Notes: generated from the sequence alone by a model not told the origin. Numbered from the stretch's first letter, positions 9,413 to 19,202 are shown. The stretch: DNA of 63,008 nucleotides from Actinomycetota bacterium (GCA_009886035.1 VFJN01000090.1:1-63008); one strand, 5' to 3'. Numbers and translations: made by a program.

Positions 9413-9961
9413 ATGAGTGGATATTCGATCTCGGACGCACTCGCTCACAGCGGTCAAGCTGAGCCGGGCGAGAAGCGCCTACGGCCTCGACGAGGCAGGC
9501 GTTGGGCCTTGGGATCGCTTGCGGTCCTGCTCGTCGCGGGAGCAGGCGCGACCGCGGCGCGGTACCTGCTAGCCGAGGAGGACGTGTATGCCTCTCCAGA
9601 GACGGTGGACCTGCCGCCGCCTCCCGACGACGCGGCGCCGACTCGTGAATATATCAGCGGCCCCGAGGGAGCATTGGTGCGCGCTCTCCTCGACGCCGCT
9701 GACCAGGCGCTCGCTGGCGGCACGGGAACGGTCGCCTGCGAAACGGCCATCGCCACCCTCGACGGCACCGGTGCACCGCAGCAGGTCTTTGCCGCCGCTC
9801 AGGGGCTGCCGGACCCAGCCAGTGCAGAGATGGCGGTTCGGCACGCGTCCGCATTGAGCCGGTTCCTCGGGATCTGTATTTCTGAGGGCGCCGCCCCTGA
9901 CCCAAAGGAGCTCGTGTTCACGAGCACTATCATGCGATGTCGCCTGGATGAGCTCGGATGA
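9413..9961 (+). CDS. Small membrane-anchored protein, partner of the SGNH hydrolase (module copy 2)
   Basis: 182 aa with a TM helix ('WALGSLAVLLVAGAGATAA') and a C-terminal Ala-rich, Cys-containing domain. Same architecture and position as 7124-7633. The stop overlaps the next ATG (ATGA at 9958-9961). Confidence 0.55.
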   Translation: MSGYSISDALAHSGQAEPGEKRLRPRRGRRWALGSLAVLLVAGAGATAARYLLAEEDVYASPETVDLPPPPDDAAPTREYISGPEGALVRALLDAADQALAGGTGTVACETAIATLDGTGAPQQVFAAAQGLPDPASAEMAVRHASALSRFLGICISEGAAPDPKELVFTSTIMRCRLDELG

Positions 9962-11475
9962 CGCACCGACTCGCTCGGCGCGGGCTTGCGCTGTCGGCTT
10001 CGATCCTGCTGCTAGCGATCGCCGCCCCGATGTCGGCTGCGCTGCCCAGCCAACCGCAGCCTCCGGACCGGTCGATCGCCTGGCTCACACTCGGCGACAG
10101 CTACGGCGCCGGTGAAGGGGCAAGCGCGGCGACGGGCCATTGCCAGCGCTCCCCCAATGCTGGCGGTCCGAAGGCGGCCACGATCCTTCGCGAGGAGGCG
10201 GGATGGACCATCGGCCCAGAAGTGTTTTCCGCCTGCACTGGCGGGTATGCCGCTGACATCTTCAGCTCCCGGACCGAGCTGGTCGGCGCCGGCTACGAGA
10301 TCTACGAAGACCTGGTTGGGTCCTACCCCGATGGCGCCGAGATCGTGAACGACGACAGCTTGTACGACTGGGCCCGAGCCCAGGGTCCCCCTGGTCAGCG
10401 CTACGACGTGATCGTGACTTCCTTCGGCGGGAACGACATCGGCTTCGCCAACGTCGTCTACGGGTGCACGGACATCACTCGCTCCCTCATCAACGCAGGA
10501 GGCTTCGTCGCGGGATCGCTCGCCAAGTCGCCGTGGACGAGTTTTGTCATCGATGTTGTCACCGACGAAGCAGCTGACCGGATCGACGAGGAAGGCTGCG
10601 GCTCCGTCGCCCAGGAGTTGGAGAGTCGCGTCGTCGAGCTGCTGAACGAGCCGCGCATGCCAGCCGCCGGCGACTCGCCGCGTCAGGGCACAGCCGGGAA
10701 TCTGGTCGACTTATACAAATCGATGGCTGATGACCTGCTCACTGATGACGGCGTGGTGGTGGTCTTGGGCTACCCACGCCTCACCACGCCGTCGGACACC
10801 TGGGGACGTTGGCGCGGCGACTAATGCAACATGCTCAGCGGCTCGGACGCCGACCGGCTCGGATCCGCAGCCGAGAACTTCGACGCCCTCCTCGAGGACG
10901 CCGTCGAATCGATCGACCCTCGCTTCGAGTACGTGTCCAGGCTCGACATCTTCGACGACGGCGGCAACTACCACTCACTGTCCGGCCGGGGCGTTGAATG
11001 GCTCAACACCCCTCTCCTGTTTCTCCGCGACGGCACCGCTCGGTACCAGCGGGGATTCCACCCCAACGATCTTGGATATCTAGCAACAGCAGAGGCCGTC
11101 GCCGGGGCGGTGCAGTCCCGACTAGGTATCTCACCTGAGCCACCTCCGGACACGGCTTCGACGGGGCCGACGTCATCAGTCACGGTTCGCTCGAGTGAAC
11201 CTCACTTCGACGTCGGCGAAGACTTCGATGCCCAGTGCACCATTGCGTGGCCAACGGCCCCGGCGCGAGGTGTCGACTCGATCCAGATGCGTACGTTCTG
11301 CCCATCTGTCCCGGATCAGTTCCTGTTTGTTGACATCATCTATGGCGACCCAGATCTGGACGTCACGCCTTCGCGGTCGACAATGCGCGTTCGTGGCGCG
11401 ATCGTCGACATCATCCGCAGCGAGTACGGATACACCGTGCTCGCGGTTGAGGCAGACGACATCCAGTTGCTATAA
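9958..11475 (+). pseudogene. SGNH/GDSL hydrolase interrupted by an in-frame TAA (10822-10824)
   Basis: ORFs 9958-10824 and 10831-11475 are in the same frame. The first carries the signal peptide, block I 'TLGDSYGAGEG' and block III 'SFGGNDIGF'. The second carries block V 'FHPNDLGY'. The junction 'GYPRLTTPSDTWGRWRGD*CNMLSGSDADRL' aligns with 'GYPAIFEEPDKWNLTAKATGLCHTVNREGARRI' of the paralog at 7630-9105. Confidence 0.75.
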
Positions 11476-11495
11476 GGAGCGAGGGCTCAGCCAAG

Positions 11496-11720
11496 GTGGC
11501 ACAGCGCATCGAGTGGCGGTTTAGCGAGGGCAGCGTGCTCAGCATCGGGCACTGGTACCTCGACTGGGGAAACCCAAACAACGAAGCGTTGCTGACGCTG
11601 ACGCAGGTGATCCACGCCTCGGACAACCCGATCTGGTGTCTTCGTGAGCACGCTGCGGTACTCAGCCGAATCGTCGCCGGTGCCGAGGAAGGGACTACCG
11701 CGGGGGGAGGGGACATCTGA
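11496..11720 (+). CDS. Hypothetical small protein (74 aa)
   Basis: GTG start preceded by 'aaggag' at about 11474-11479. Plausible composition ('HWYLDWGNPNNEALLTLTQVIHASDNPIWCLREH'). No motif recognised. Confidence 0.3.
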   Translation: MAQRIEWRFSEGSVLSIGHWYLDWGNPNNEALLTLTQVIHASDNPIWCLREHAAVLSRIVAGAEEGTTAGGGDI

Positions 11721-11979
11721 GCTGGCTTGCCCGAAGGGGTGGCGCGGTTCACCCAGCCGGGTCGGTCCCGAACGGCCACCGACCCGGCAACTGTGCCAGT
11801 GGATTGTGGGTGTTCCTGACACCTACCTGCCGGCAGTCACCGAGCGGTGGTCGCACCTCGAGATCCGCGACCGCCGGGACAAGCTCCGGCGTCAAGCTCC
11901 CTGACCACCACGGTTCCGATAACGGCGGTAGACCACCGACGCTTCGGGCGCGGCTCCCGAAGCGGTAACGTCTGGCTCC

Positions 11980-12453
11980 ATGGCCGACGCCCCCACCATT
12001 CAGATTCAGCCCACCGACACCTTCACCGTGACCATTGCCACCGACAAGGGCGACATCGTCCTCGCCTTGGACGCGGCCTTGGCGCCGATCACCGTGAACC
12101 ACTTTGTGGTCCAGGCCCGAGCAGGCTTCTACGACGGCCTCACCTTTCACCGCGTGGTGCCCGGCTTCGTGATCCAAGGCGGTGACCCCGAAGGCAGCGG
12201 ACGCGGTGGGCCGGGGTACAAGTTTGCCGATGAGCCGGTCCTCAGCGCTTACACCCTCGGCGCGGTGGCCATGGCTAATGCCGGTCCCCATACCAACGGC
12301 TCGCAGTTCTTCATTTGCATCGACGACTGCCAAAAAAGTTTGGGCCCGCTCTACAACCTGTTCGGCTACGTCACCTCCGGCATTGAGATCGCCCAGCGGA
12401 TCGCCGTCGGCGACAAAATGACCAAGGTCACCGTCACCGACAACCCCGCCTGA
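11980..12453 (+). CDS. Cyclophilin-type peptidyl-prolyl cis-trans isomerase
   Basis: Motifs 'FHRVVPGFVIQGGDP', 'MANAGPHTNGSQFFI', 'LFGYVTSG'. 157 aa. Confidence 0.92.
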   Translation: MADAPTIQIQPTDTFTVTIATDKGDIVLALDAALAPITVNHFVVQARAGFYDGLTFHRVVPGFVIQGGDPEGSGRGGPGYKFADEPVLSAYTLGAVAMANAGPHTNGSQFFICIDDCQKSLGPLYNLFGYVTSGIEIAQRIAVGDKMTKVTVTDNPA

Positions 12454-12467
12454 GTTCGCTAGCGGCC

Positions 12468-13592
12468 ATGCACGATCCCGCCCCGCTCCGGCGGCTGGTG
12501 CACGTGCCAGCCCTCGACATTCTGCGGGCCTTCGCGGTGAGCCTCGTGGTGATGTCCCACATCTGGGTGGTGGCCCCGTACTTCTATTATCGCGAGATTT
12601 TTTCGCAGGCCGGCTTTTTGGGAGTCGACCTCTTCTTCGTGTTGAGCGGCTTCCTCATCACCGCTCTACTCGTGCAGGAGCACCACGACCGGGGCCGGAT
12701 CCGCTTCGGACGCTTCTATCTGCGTCGAGCCGTTCGGCTGCTCCCGGCGCTGATCGCCATGCTCTCGGGCTATTTGCTTTACGCCTGGCTCGCCGGTTGG
12801 CCACCGTTGGGAAACCGGAGTTGGGTGGTGGGCAGTGCCGGTGCCACCGTCGTGTTCGCCATGAACTGGCGGACGTTGTGGAACCCACTGGCGGCCGGCG
12901 ATCTCGTGGCGATGTGGTCGCTGGCCATTGAGGCGCAGTTCTATCTGGTGTGGCCGGTAATCCTGTCGGTGATCTTCGGGATCCGCCGCAACGTCCGCCT
13001 CGTGATCCCGGCCCTGGCGGGTCTGATCATCGCCGTCACCGCATGGAGGGTGCTGGTGTACCACTGGTGGGGCTGGGAAGCGGCCTACCTGCGCACCGAC
13101 ACCCGGGTGGATGGGCTCCTCATCGGCGCTCTTACCGCCACCCTGTTCGTGCGGGGACTCACACCAGCCCGCCTCCCCCGCTGGACACCCTGGGTGGTGG
13201 GGGCAACCTGGTTCGGTCTGATGCTCACCGTGAAAGCCGATGGCTCCTTCGCTTACCAGGGCGGCATCACCCTCTGGATCGTCGCTTCTGCCATCATGAT
13301 CCTCTACGTCGTGAGCCATCCCCGACCGCTGCGTTCGTGGCCCGCCCGGGGAGCCGAGATCATCGGCAAGGGCTCCTACGCCATCTATCTATGGCAGGTC
13401 CCGGTGATCTATGCCGTGAGTCGACAGGGAAATCCCAACGCCTCGGTCCGACGCATCATCCTGTGCCTCGTGGGAATCGCCATCACCGCCACGCTCTCCT
13501 GGTTCCTCGTGGAACAGCCGGCGCAGCGATTCGCACGCCGGTTCGGGGCCCGAGGCGCGTCGTCGGTGGATTCTCCGCCTAGTGCCTTCTGA
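12468..13592 (+). CDS. Acyltransferase family 3 membrane O-acyltransferase
   Basis: 374 aa and about 10 TM segments. N-terminal 'LDILRAFAVSLVVMSHI' and 'GVDLFFVLSGFLIT' are typical of acyltransferase-3 (OafA/YrhL-like) proteins. Confidence 0.85.
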   Translation: MHDPAPLRRLVHVPALDILRAFAVSLVVMSHIWVVAPYFYYREIFSQAGFLGVDLFFVLSGFLITALLVQEHHDRGRIRFGRFYLRRAVRLLPALIAMLSGYLLYAWLAGWPPLGNRSWVVGSAGATVVFAMNWRTLWNPLAAGDLVAMWSLAIEAQFYLVWPVILSVIFGIRRNVRLVIPALAGLIIAVTAWRVLVYHWWGWEAAYLRTDTRVDGLLIGALTATLFVRGLTPARLPRWTPWVVGATWFGLMLTVKADGSFAYQGGITLWIVASAIMILYVVSHPRPLRSWPARGAEIIGKGSYAIYLWQVPVIYAVSRQGNPNASVRRIILCLVGIAITATLSWFLVEQPAQRFARRFGARGASSVDSPPSAF

Positions 13593-14478
13593 ACGGCCGG
13601 GCGGCGCGGCTGAGCAATCCCAGGGTGCGGCTGATGGCCCCGTCGGAAAGACGCAGACGACGCTTCACCAGGTCGTAGCCAGCCAGCGCTTTCGTATCCA
13701 GGTAAATGGAGATGCCCCGCCAGCCATCGGTGGGCCGTGCCCGGTAGGTGGTGGAGCGGGTGAGCACATGGTCTTCTTCGGTGAAGTAGTAAAGAGCGAG
13801 CGACTGTCGAGCCCGGCCGGGGGGAACCGCGAGAGGTTCGGGATGCCCGTGGTAGGAGTGCTCATCGGTGGTGAAAATAAAGAGTCGGTTGCCGGTGGGC
13901 TCCACCCGGGTAACCGCTCGTTGCATGTCCTTGGACCACAGTTGCAACTGGCCGCCCCAGGCCGACTCCCAGGTGGGATTCAGATAGAGGAGGAGGTTCA
14001 CGCGACGACGCCACCCCGGCTTGCTGTGGTGGGCGGTGAAGTCGGCGTGGACGTTCAAGAAGCCACCCGCCACGGACCGATGAAGACCGCCACCGTCCAT
14101 GACATCGTCGGCCTGGAGGTTCACGAATCCGGTGAGCTCGCCCAGGAAGGCCACGAAGCGCTCCGAGGTGAGGGCGGCCGACACTGCCTCCAGCGTGGGT
14201 CCCCAGGATGACTTAGTGGTGTTGGCGTATTTCCGCTCATTGAGATGGAGGTAGTTCGTCCATGCCCCTTCCTCAATGCGCCCGAACTCCTCGTACACCC
14301 GAGTGATGACATCGCTGTGCAACACATCATCGAGCACGATGTGGGGGTACGGACTGGCGGCGGCGTAGCGCTCGGAGAGCTCCGGAAGGGCCTCCTCTAA
14401 CTTGTCGATGCAGAGGAGGTCTGAGGTGGTGGGGTGCATGGCTCCAACGTCGTCGCGGGGGGATTCCAACCCCGGCAA
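13579..14478 (-). CDS. 2OG-Fe(II) oxygenase-family protein
   Basis: 'GGGLHRSVAGGFLNVHADFTAHH...RRVNLLLYLNPTW...GGQLQLW...GNRLFIFTT...SYHG' fits the H-x-D...H jelly-roll pattern of prolyl-hydroxylase-like 2OG oxygenases seen in glycan clusters. An alternative ATG lies at 14439. Confidence 0.7.
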   Translation of the reverse strand: MPGLESPRDDVGAMHPTTSDLLCIDKLEEALPELSERYAAASPYPHIVLDDVLHSDVITRVYEEFGRIEEGAWTNYLHLNERKYANTTKSSWGPTLEAVSAALTSERFVAFLGELTGFVNLQADDVMDGGGLHRSVAGGFLNVHADFTAHHSKPGWRRRVNLLLYLNPTWESAWGGQLQLWSKDMQRAVTRVEPTGNRLFIFTTDEHSYHGHPEPLAVPPGRARQSLALYYFTEEDHVLTRSTTYRARPTDGWRGISIYLDTKALAGYDLVKRRLRLSDGAISRTLGLLSRAARPFRRH

Positions 14479-14552
14479 AGTTAGGTTACTGTACCGGCGG
14501 TGCCCCCCCTGGACCGACTCCGCCGGCTACGCCCCTGGCCTGCGCCGGTCAT

Positions 14553-16631
14553 TTGATTCACCCCTTCGCCACCACCCGTGCCCGGTGGGACCAGGCCGAG
14601 CCCGATCTGCGCCGATACACCCGCAGCGTCGCCGTGGCGGGTGGCCTGGGCGTCATCGCGTACCTCCTGGTGCTCTGGGACTTCGGCTGGCATCCCTTGC
14701 GCACGGCCATTGGGGGTGCCGACTTCTCCGGCTTCTACGACCTCCAAACCCGCCAGTTGTTCCACGGGCACCTCGATGTGCCCCGGAGCATCCTCGGCTT
14801 AGAAGCCTTCGCCGTGCGCGGCCGAGAATTCATGTACTTCCCCCCGGGACCCTCCTTGCTCCGGGCCCCGTTTTTTCTCTTTACCGATCGCTTGGACAGC
14901 AAGTTCACTGCCTTTTCGATGCTGGCGGCCTGGATTGTTGCGGCCGTTCTCATCGCCCTACTGATGTGGCGGGTTCGGCTTCTGCTGCGAGGACGCACCG
15001 GCCTGGGACGGGCGGAGGCGGTTGGGTTCGGCCTCCTGCTGTTCTCCCTCATGGCGGGGTCGGTCGTGCTCTACCTGGGGTCGCTCCCCTTCGTGTATCA
15101 CGAGGCCTACGCCTGGGCTATCGCCATGGCCCTCGGGGCCACCTTCGCCACCATCGGCCTGCTGGAGCGCCCATCCAACCGCGGGGCCCTCACGGCCGGA
15201 GCCTTCACCCTCGGAGCCATTCTCAGCCGCACCACCTCCGGCTGGGCGTGCGCCGGGGGTCTGATCCTGGCGGCGCTGTGGTTCGCGTCAGGTCGCAGCC
15301 ACCAGGTGCTTCCGCGCCGCTGGGTGGCCACTCTGTTCGCCGCCGCCTTTGTGCCGTTGGTTGTCGGCATCATTCTGAACTGGGCCAAGTTCCGCCACCC
15401 CTACTTCTTCCCCCTTCAGGATCAGATCTGGACCGGTATGAGTGCGCAGCGACGCGCCGCCCTCGCGGCCAACGGCGGGGACCTCGTCTCTCCGAACATC
15501 CTCCCGGCCACCGTGATGGGGTACTTCCGGCCGGACGGGATCCGCTTCAGCACGCTCTTTCCCTACATCACGCTGCCCGCCGAGGTCCCCCAAAACTATG
15601 GCGGGTCGTTCCTGGACCAGATGTACCGCACCGGCAGTGTGGTGGCGTTCATGCCGGTGCTGGTGCTCCTGAGCATCTGGGGCCTCATCACCACCTTTCG
15701 ACGCGGCGTGAAACGAGAGATCCGGAACCTCCGCATCCCCCTGCTGGCGGTTCTGGCCATTCCGCTTCCCATCATGTTCTACGGCTACATCGCCATGCGC
15801 TACACGGCGGAGTTCATCCCGTTGTTCGCCCTCGCCGGCAGCATTGGCTTCGTTGACATCGCCCGTCGCGGCGGACCCCACCCGAAGCGTGCCCGCCTGG
15901 CGTTCGGGATCCTTGCGGTGCTGGTGGTCTTCGGCTTCGCCGCCAACCTCGCCGTGTCGGTCACATCGGCGCGATTGGCCAACCCTGGCACCCCCCTCAC
16001 GCAGTACGTCCGGGTGCAGACCATCCTCAGCGACCGCACCCCCGGACGCCCCTTAGACCGCCTCATTCGCCAATCCCCTACCCTCCCTCGCTCCGGTCCC
16101 GCCGACCGCATCCAGATCGTGGGCGACTGCCGCGCCGCCTACATCGGGAGCGGCGACCCCCTCGCCCCGTGGATTCCCTTCGAAATCCAACCCCTCGAGT
16201 GGGACCTCGATCTGAGCACGACCCCAACGACCCCAACGACCCTCGACCTCGCCCAAGCCGACGGCGTAGCGGGTGACGGCCTCCAGCTCGAATTCGATGG
16301 CGCCGGGCGCTACCGGGGCACCTTCACCTCCACCACCGGGGTCGCGGTGGGCCGCTGGCGGTCCGTCCCCCCCGGTGGGGTGCATCTGCGCCTCTTCGCG
16401 TACCTCACCGAACACCTCTACATCCTCATCGATGTGGAGCGGCCCGCCCGGGGCCTCGTCGACCTGCCCTTAGGCCAACTTGATCAGACGCCGTACCGTC
16501 AGCAGTTGACCTTCCATCCCACCGACGGCGACGATCCGGCGGCCGGTGGACTCACCCTCACCCCACGGAAATCGACCCCACCGCCGTTGTGTCCGGCGCT
16601 GCGGGAACGAATCGAACCGGGAGGCGGCTGA
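14553..16631 (+). CDS. Polytopic membrane protein, GT-C-like glycosyltransferase candidate (paralog A) with a roughly 230-aa C-terminal soluble domain
   Basis: 692 aa with more than 10 TM helices. The first-loop acidic motif is 'GADFSGFYDLQTRQLFHGHLDVP'. Clear paralogy to 28429-30618: 'VYHEAYAW'/'VYHEASLW', 'YFRPDGIRFSTLFPYITLP'/'YIRPDALRFTAAFPFIDFP', 'IVGDCRAAY'/'IIGDCEAMY'. Family not assigned. Confidence 0.65.
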   Translation: MIHPFATTRARWDQAEPDLRRYTRSVAVAGGLGVIAYLLVLWDFGWHPLRTAIGGADFSGFYDLQTRQLFHGHLDVPRSILGLEAFAVRGREFMYFPPGPSLLRAPFFLFTDRLDSKFTAFSMLAAWIVAAVLIALLMWRVRLLLRGRTGLGRAEAVGFGLLLFSLMAGSVVLYLGSLPFVYHEAYAWAIAMALGATFATIGLLERPSNRGALTAGAFTLGAILSRTTSGWACAGGLILAALWFASGRSHQVLPRRWVATLFAAAFVPLVVGIILNWAKFRHPYFFPLQDQIWTGMSAQRRAALAANGGDLVSPNILPATVMGYFRPDGIRFSTLFPYITLPAEVPQNYGGSFLDQMYRTGSVVAFMPVLVLLSIWGLITTFRRGVKREIRNLRIPLLAVLAIPLPIMFYGYIAMRYTAEFIPLFALAGSIGFVDIARRGGPHPKRARLAFGILAVLVVFGFAANLAVSVTSARLANPGTPLTQYVRVQTILSDRTPGRPLDRLIRQSPTLPRSGPADRIQIVGDCRAAYIGSGDPLAPWIPFEIQPLEWDLDLSTTPTTPTTLDLAQADGVAGDGLQLEFDGAGRYRGTFTSTTGVAVGRWRSVPPGGVHLRLFAYLTEHLYILIDVERPARGLVDLPLGQLDQTPYRQQLTFHPTDGDDPAAGGLTLTPRKSTPPPLCPALRERIEPGGG

Positions 16632-16664
16632 GGCCCCCGACCACGATCGCCTACGCTCCCGGCT

Positions 16665-18299
16665 GTGGCGGTCGTAAAGGTGCCTGAGGAACTGAACCTG
16701 GCCGACGTACACGAAGCCATTGCCGCCACCGTTCCCGATCGAGACTGCATCGTCTGGCGCCAGCGCCACTGGAGTTGGGCCGAGGTCACCGACCGGACGC
16801 GACGGATGGCCGCCGTTCTCCAGGAGGCAGGACTGGGGATCAACTCCCCGGCGGCGGAACGCCAGGGGTGGGAATCCCCCCACGACCACGTTGCCATTTA
16901 TCTTCACAACGGCAACGAGTACCTCGAAGTACTCCTTGGTGCCGCCAAGGCCCGCGCCGCGGGAGTGAACATCAACTTCCGGTACGTCGCCGAAGAACTG
17001 CGCTACGTGCTCAACGACTGCCGGGCCACGGCCATCGTCTACCACGGCGCCTTCGCCGCCACGCTGGCCGAGGTGCTGCCCGATCTGCCCGACGTGCGGT
17101 TGCTCCTGCAGGTGGAGGACAGCTCCGGTGCCCCCCTTTTGCCGGGCGCCCGACGCTATGAAGAGGCGTTGGCCGCCGCCGTCCCCGTCGCCCCCACCGG
17201 CTTGTCCCCCGACGACCTCTACATCCTCTACACCGGTGGCACCACGGGTATGCCCAAGGGGGTGCTCTGGCGCCAGGCCGATTTTCTGGCCGCCTGCCTC
17301 GGGGTGGCGAGTACCAAGGCCGATCTGGTCACCGCCGCCGCCACTGCCCGCCTTCGTGCTCTCCCCGCGCCCCCGTTCATGCACGGCGCCGCCCACTGGA
17401 ATGCGATCAGCGCCTGGATCTCCGGTGGCACGGTAGTGATTCAGTCCGACCCCCATCGGTTCGACCCGGTAGACATCCTCGACACCATCGAAGGCGAAGA
17501 GGTTTCCTCCTTACTCATCGTGGGCGACGCCTTTGCCCGGCCCCTGGTGGACGAACTCGAGATCCGCCCCCGACCCCTGCCGCAGTTCCGTTTTCTCCTC
17601 ACCGGTGGCGCCATCCTGTCGCCGGCGGTCAAGACCCAGTTCCTCACCATCCTTCCCCAGCTGCGGATCGTGGATGTGTTGGGCTCATCGGAAACGGGAC
17701 GGCAGGGCGTGGCGCGATCCGACCAACAACACCCGGCCACCGCCGCCATGTTCCAGCCGTCCCCCACCACCGCCGTCCTCTCCGCCGATCGCCAACGCGT
17801 ACTCCCCGCCGGCGATCCCGAAGTCGGATGGCTCACCCAGACCGGGCGGGTGCCCCTCGGTTACCTCGGGGATGGGCCAAAAACGATGGCCACTTTTCCG
17901 ATGATCGATGGAATTCGCCATGCCGTAGCCGGCGACCGAGCCCGAATCCACGCCGATGGGTCCGTTGAACTGTGCGGACGGGATTCGGTGACCATCAATA
18001 CCGGTGGCGAGAAGGTGTTCGCCGAAGAAGTGGAGCAGGTCCTCAAGCAGCACCCCGCGGTGTTCGACGTGTTGGTAGTGGGTCGACCGAGTGAACGCTG
18101 GGGCCAAGAGGTGACTGCGGTGGTGCAACTGCGCCCGGGCACCTCCCCCGCCGACGCGGAGTTAGCCACGGTGGTCCGGAGTTGCCTGGCTGCCTACAAA
18201 GTTCCCAAGGCCTTCGTGCGGGTGGAGCAGATCGAGCGCAGTCCCAGTGGGAAGCCCGACTACCGCTGGGCAGATTCCATAGCCCGCAGTAGCGTGTAA
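16665..18299 (+). CDS. AMP-dependent acyl-CoA synthetase/ligase (FadD-like)
   Basis: AMP-binding motif 'YTGGTTGMPKGV', later 'GDRARIHADGSVELCGRDS' and 'SGKPDYRW'. 544 aa. Confidence 0.9.
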   Translation: MAVVKVPEELNLADVHEAIAATVPDRDCIVWRQRHWSWAEVTDRTRRMAAVLQEAGLGINSPAAERQGWESPHDHVAIYLHNGNEYLEVLLGAAKARAAGVNINFRYVAEELRYVLNDCRATAIVYHGAFAATLAEVLPDLPDVRLLLQVEDSSGAPLLPGARRYEEALAAAVPVAPTGLSPDDLYILYTGGTTGMPKGVLWRQADFLAACLGVASTKADLVTAAATARLRALPAPPFMHGAAHWNAISAWISGGTVVIQSDPHRFDPVDILDTIEGEEVSSLLIVGDAFARPLVDELEIRPRPLPQFRFLLTGGAILSPAVKTQFLTILPQLRIVDVLGSSETGRQGVARSDQQHPATAAMFQPSPTTAVLSADRQRVLPAGDPEVGWLTQTGRVPLGYLGDGPKTMATFPMIDGIRHAVAGDRARIHADGSVELCGRDSVTINTGGEKVFAEEVEQVLKQHPAVFDVLVVGRPSERWGQEVTAVVQLRPGTSPADAELATVVRSCLAAYKVPKAFVRVEQIERSPSGKPDYRWADSIARSSV

Positions 18300-18305
18300 C
18301 TCCTC

Positions 18306-19202
18306 ATGTTCCGACGCACCATCCCGCTGGCTTCGCCGCTGGCGCTAGCGCAAACCCTGGCGGCGCTTCGCCTAGGACAGTCGGACCCCACCATGGTGCT
18401 GTCGCCAACGAGGGCACTGATGGCCACCCGCACCCCCAATGGTCCTGCGACCGTCGACGTCCAACACTACGACGACGTGCTCGAGGTTGAGGCCTGGGGC
18501 GAAGGAGCGGAATGGGCCCTGGCGCAGGCCCCGGCCGCCCTGGGGGTGCTCGACGACGCGGCGGGTTTTCATCCCTCCCACCCGGCCGTGCGCCAACTAC
18601 ACGAGGCGGCGAGTGGCCTTCGCCTACCCCGCACCGCCCTCGTGTTCGATGCCGTGCTCTCCGCCCTCCTTCGCCACCAGGCCACACCCTTCGAAGCCCG
18701 GCGCTCCTTCCAGCAACTCGTGGATCGCTGGGGCGAGCCCGCCCCCGGACCCGGTGGCCTGCGCTTGCGTCCCGCTGCTCATGAGCTGGCCGCCCTCGGC
18801 GAGTACGAGCTCCACGCGGCCGGGGTCGAGGCCCAACGCGCCGACGCCCTCAAGCGGGCCAGTGCCCATGCCAGCCGTATCGAGGCCGCCGCCGTCCTTC
18901 CCGGGCCGGAGATGCGCGCCGCCTTGGAGTTGATCCCTGGCATCACGGCCTGGACCGCCGCAGAGGCTGCTCGCGTGGCGGCGGGTGACAGCGATGCCAT
19001 CGACCTGGGCGACCCGGCCCAGCGGAAGCTCATCGGCCACACCCTCCGGGGCGGCCCGGAACCCTCGGAGGAGCAGGTGCATGAACTCCTTGAGGAGTTC
19101 ACGGGTCAGCGAGGACGAGTGTGCGTCCTCATCGAGTGGGCCGCTCTCTCATCTCCCCTGGGCCTCGGTGAACCCCGGACGTCCTTCCCCGCCCCGCACT
19201 GA
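18306..19202 (+). CDS. HhH-GPD superfamily DNA glycosylase (AlkA-like 3-methyladenine glycosylase II family)
   Basis: 298 aa. N-terminal 'LRLGQSDPTM' and helix-hairpin-helix 'LIPGITAWTAAEAARVAAGDSDAIDLGD' resemble actinobacterial AlkA-family proteins. Confidence 0.55.
   Translation: MFRRTIPLASPLALAQTLAALRLGQSDPTMVLSPTRALMATRTPNGPATVDVQHYDDVLEVEAWGEGAEWALAQAPAALGVLDDAAGFHPSHPAVRQLHEAASGLRLPRTALVFDAVLSALLRHQATPFEARRSFQQLVDRWGEPAPGPGGLRLRPAAHELAALGEYELHAAGVEAQRADALKRASAHASRIEAAAVLPGPEMRAALELIPGITAWTAAEAARVAAGDSDAIDLGDPAQRKLIGHTLRGGPEPSEEQVHELLEEFTGQRGRVCVLIEWAALSSPLGLGEPRTSFPAPH

Noticed and set aside
14402-15856. 484-aa + strand ORF overlapping the GT-C-like gene in another frame.
   Set aside because: The translation is Arg/Pro/His-rich and implausible. 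The 14553-16631 frame gives clean TM helices and a paralog elsewhere in the window.
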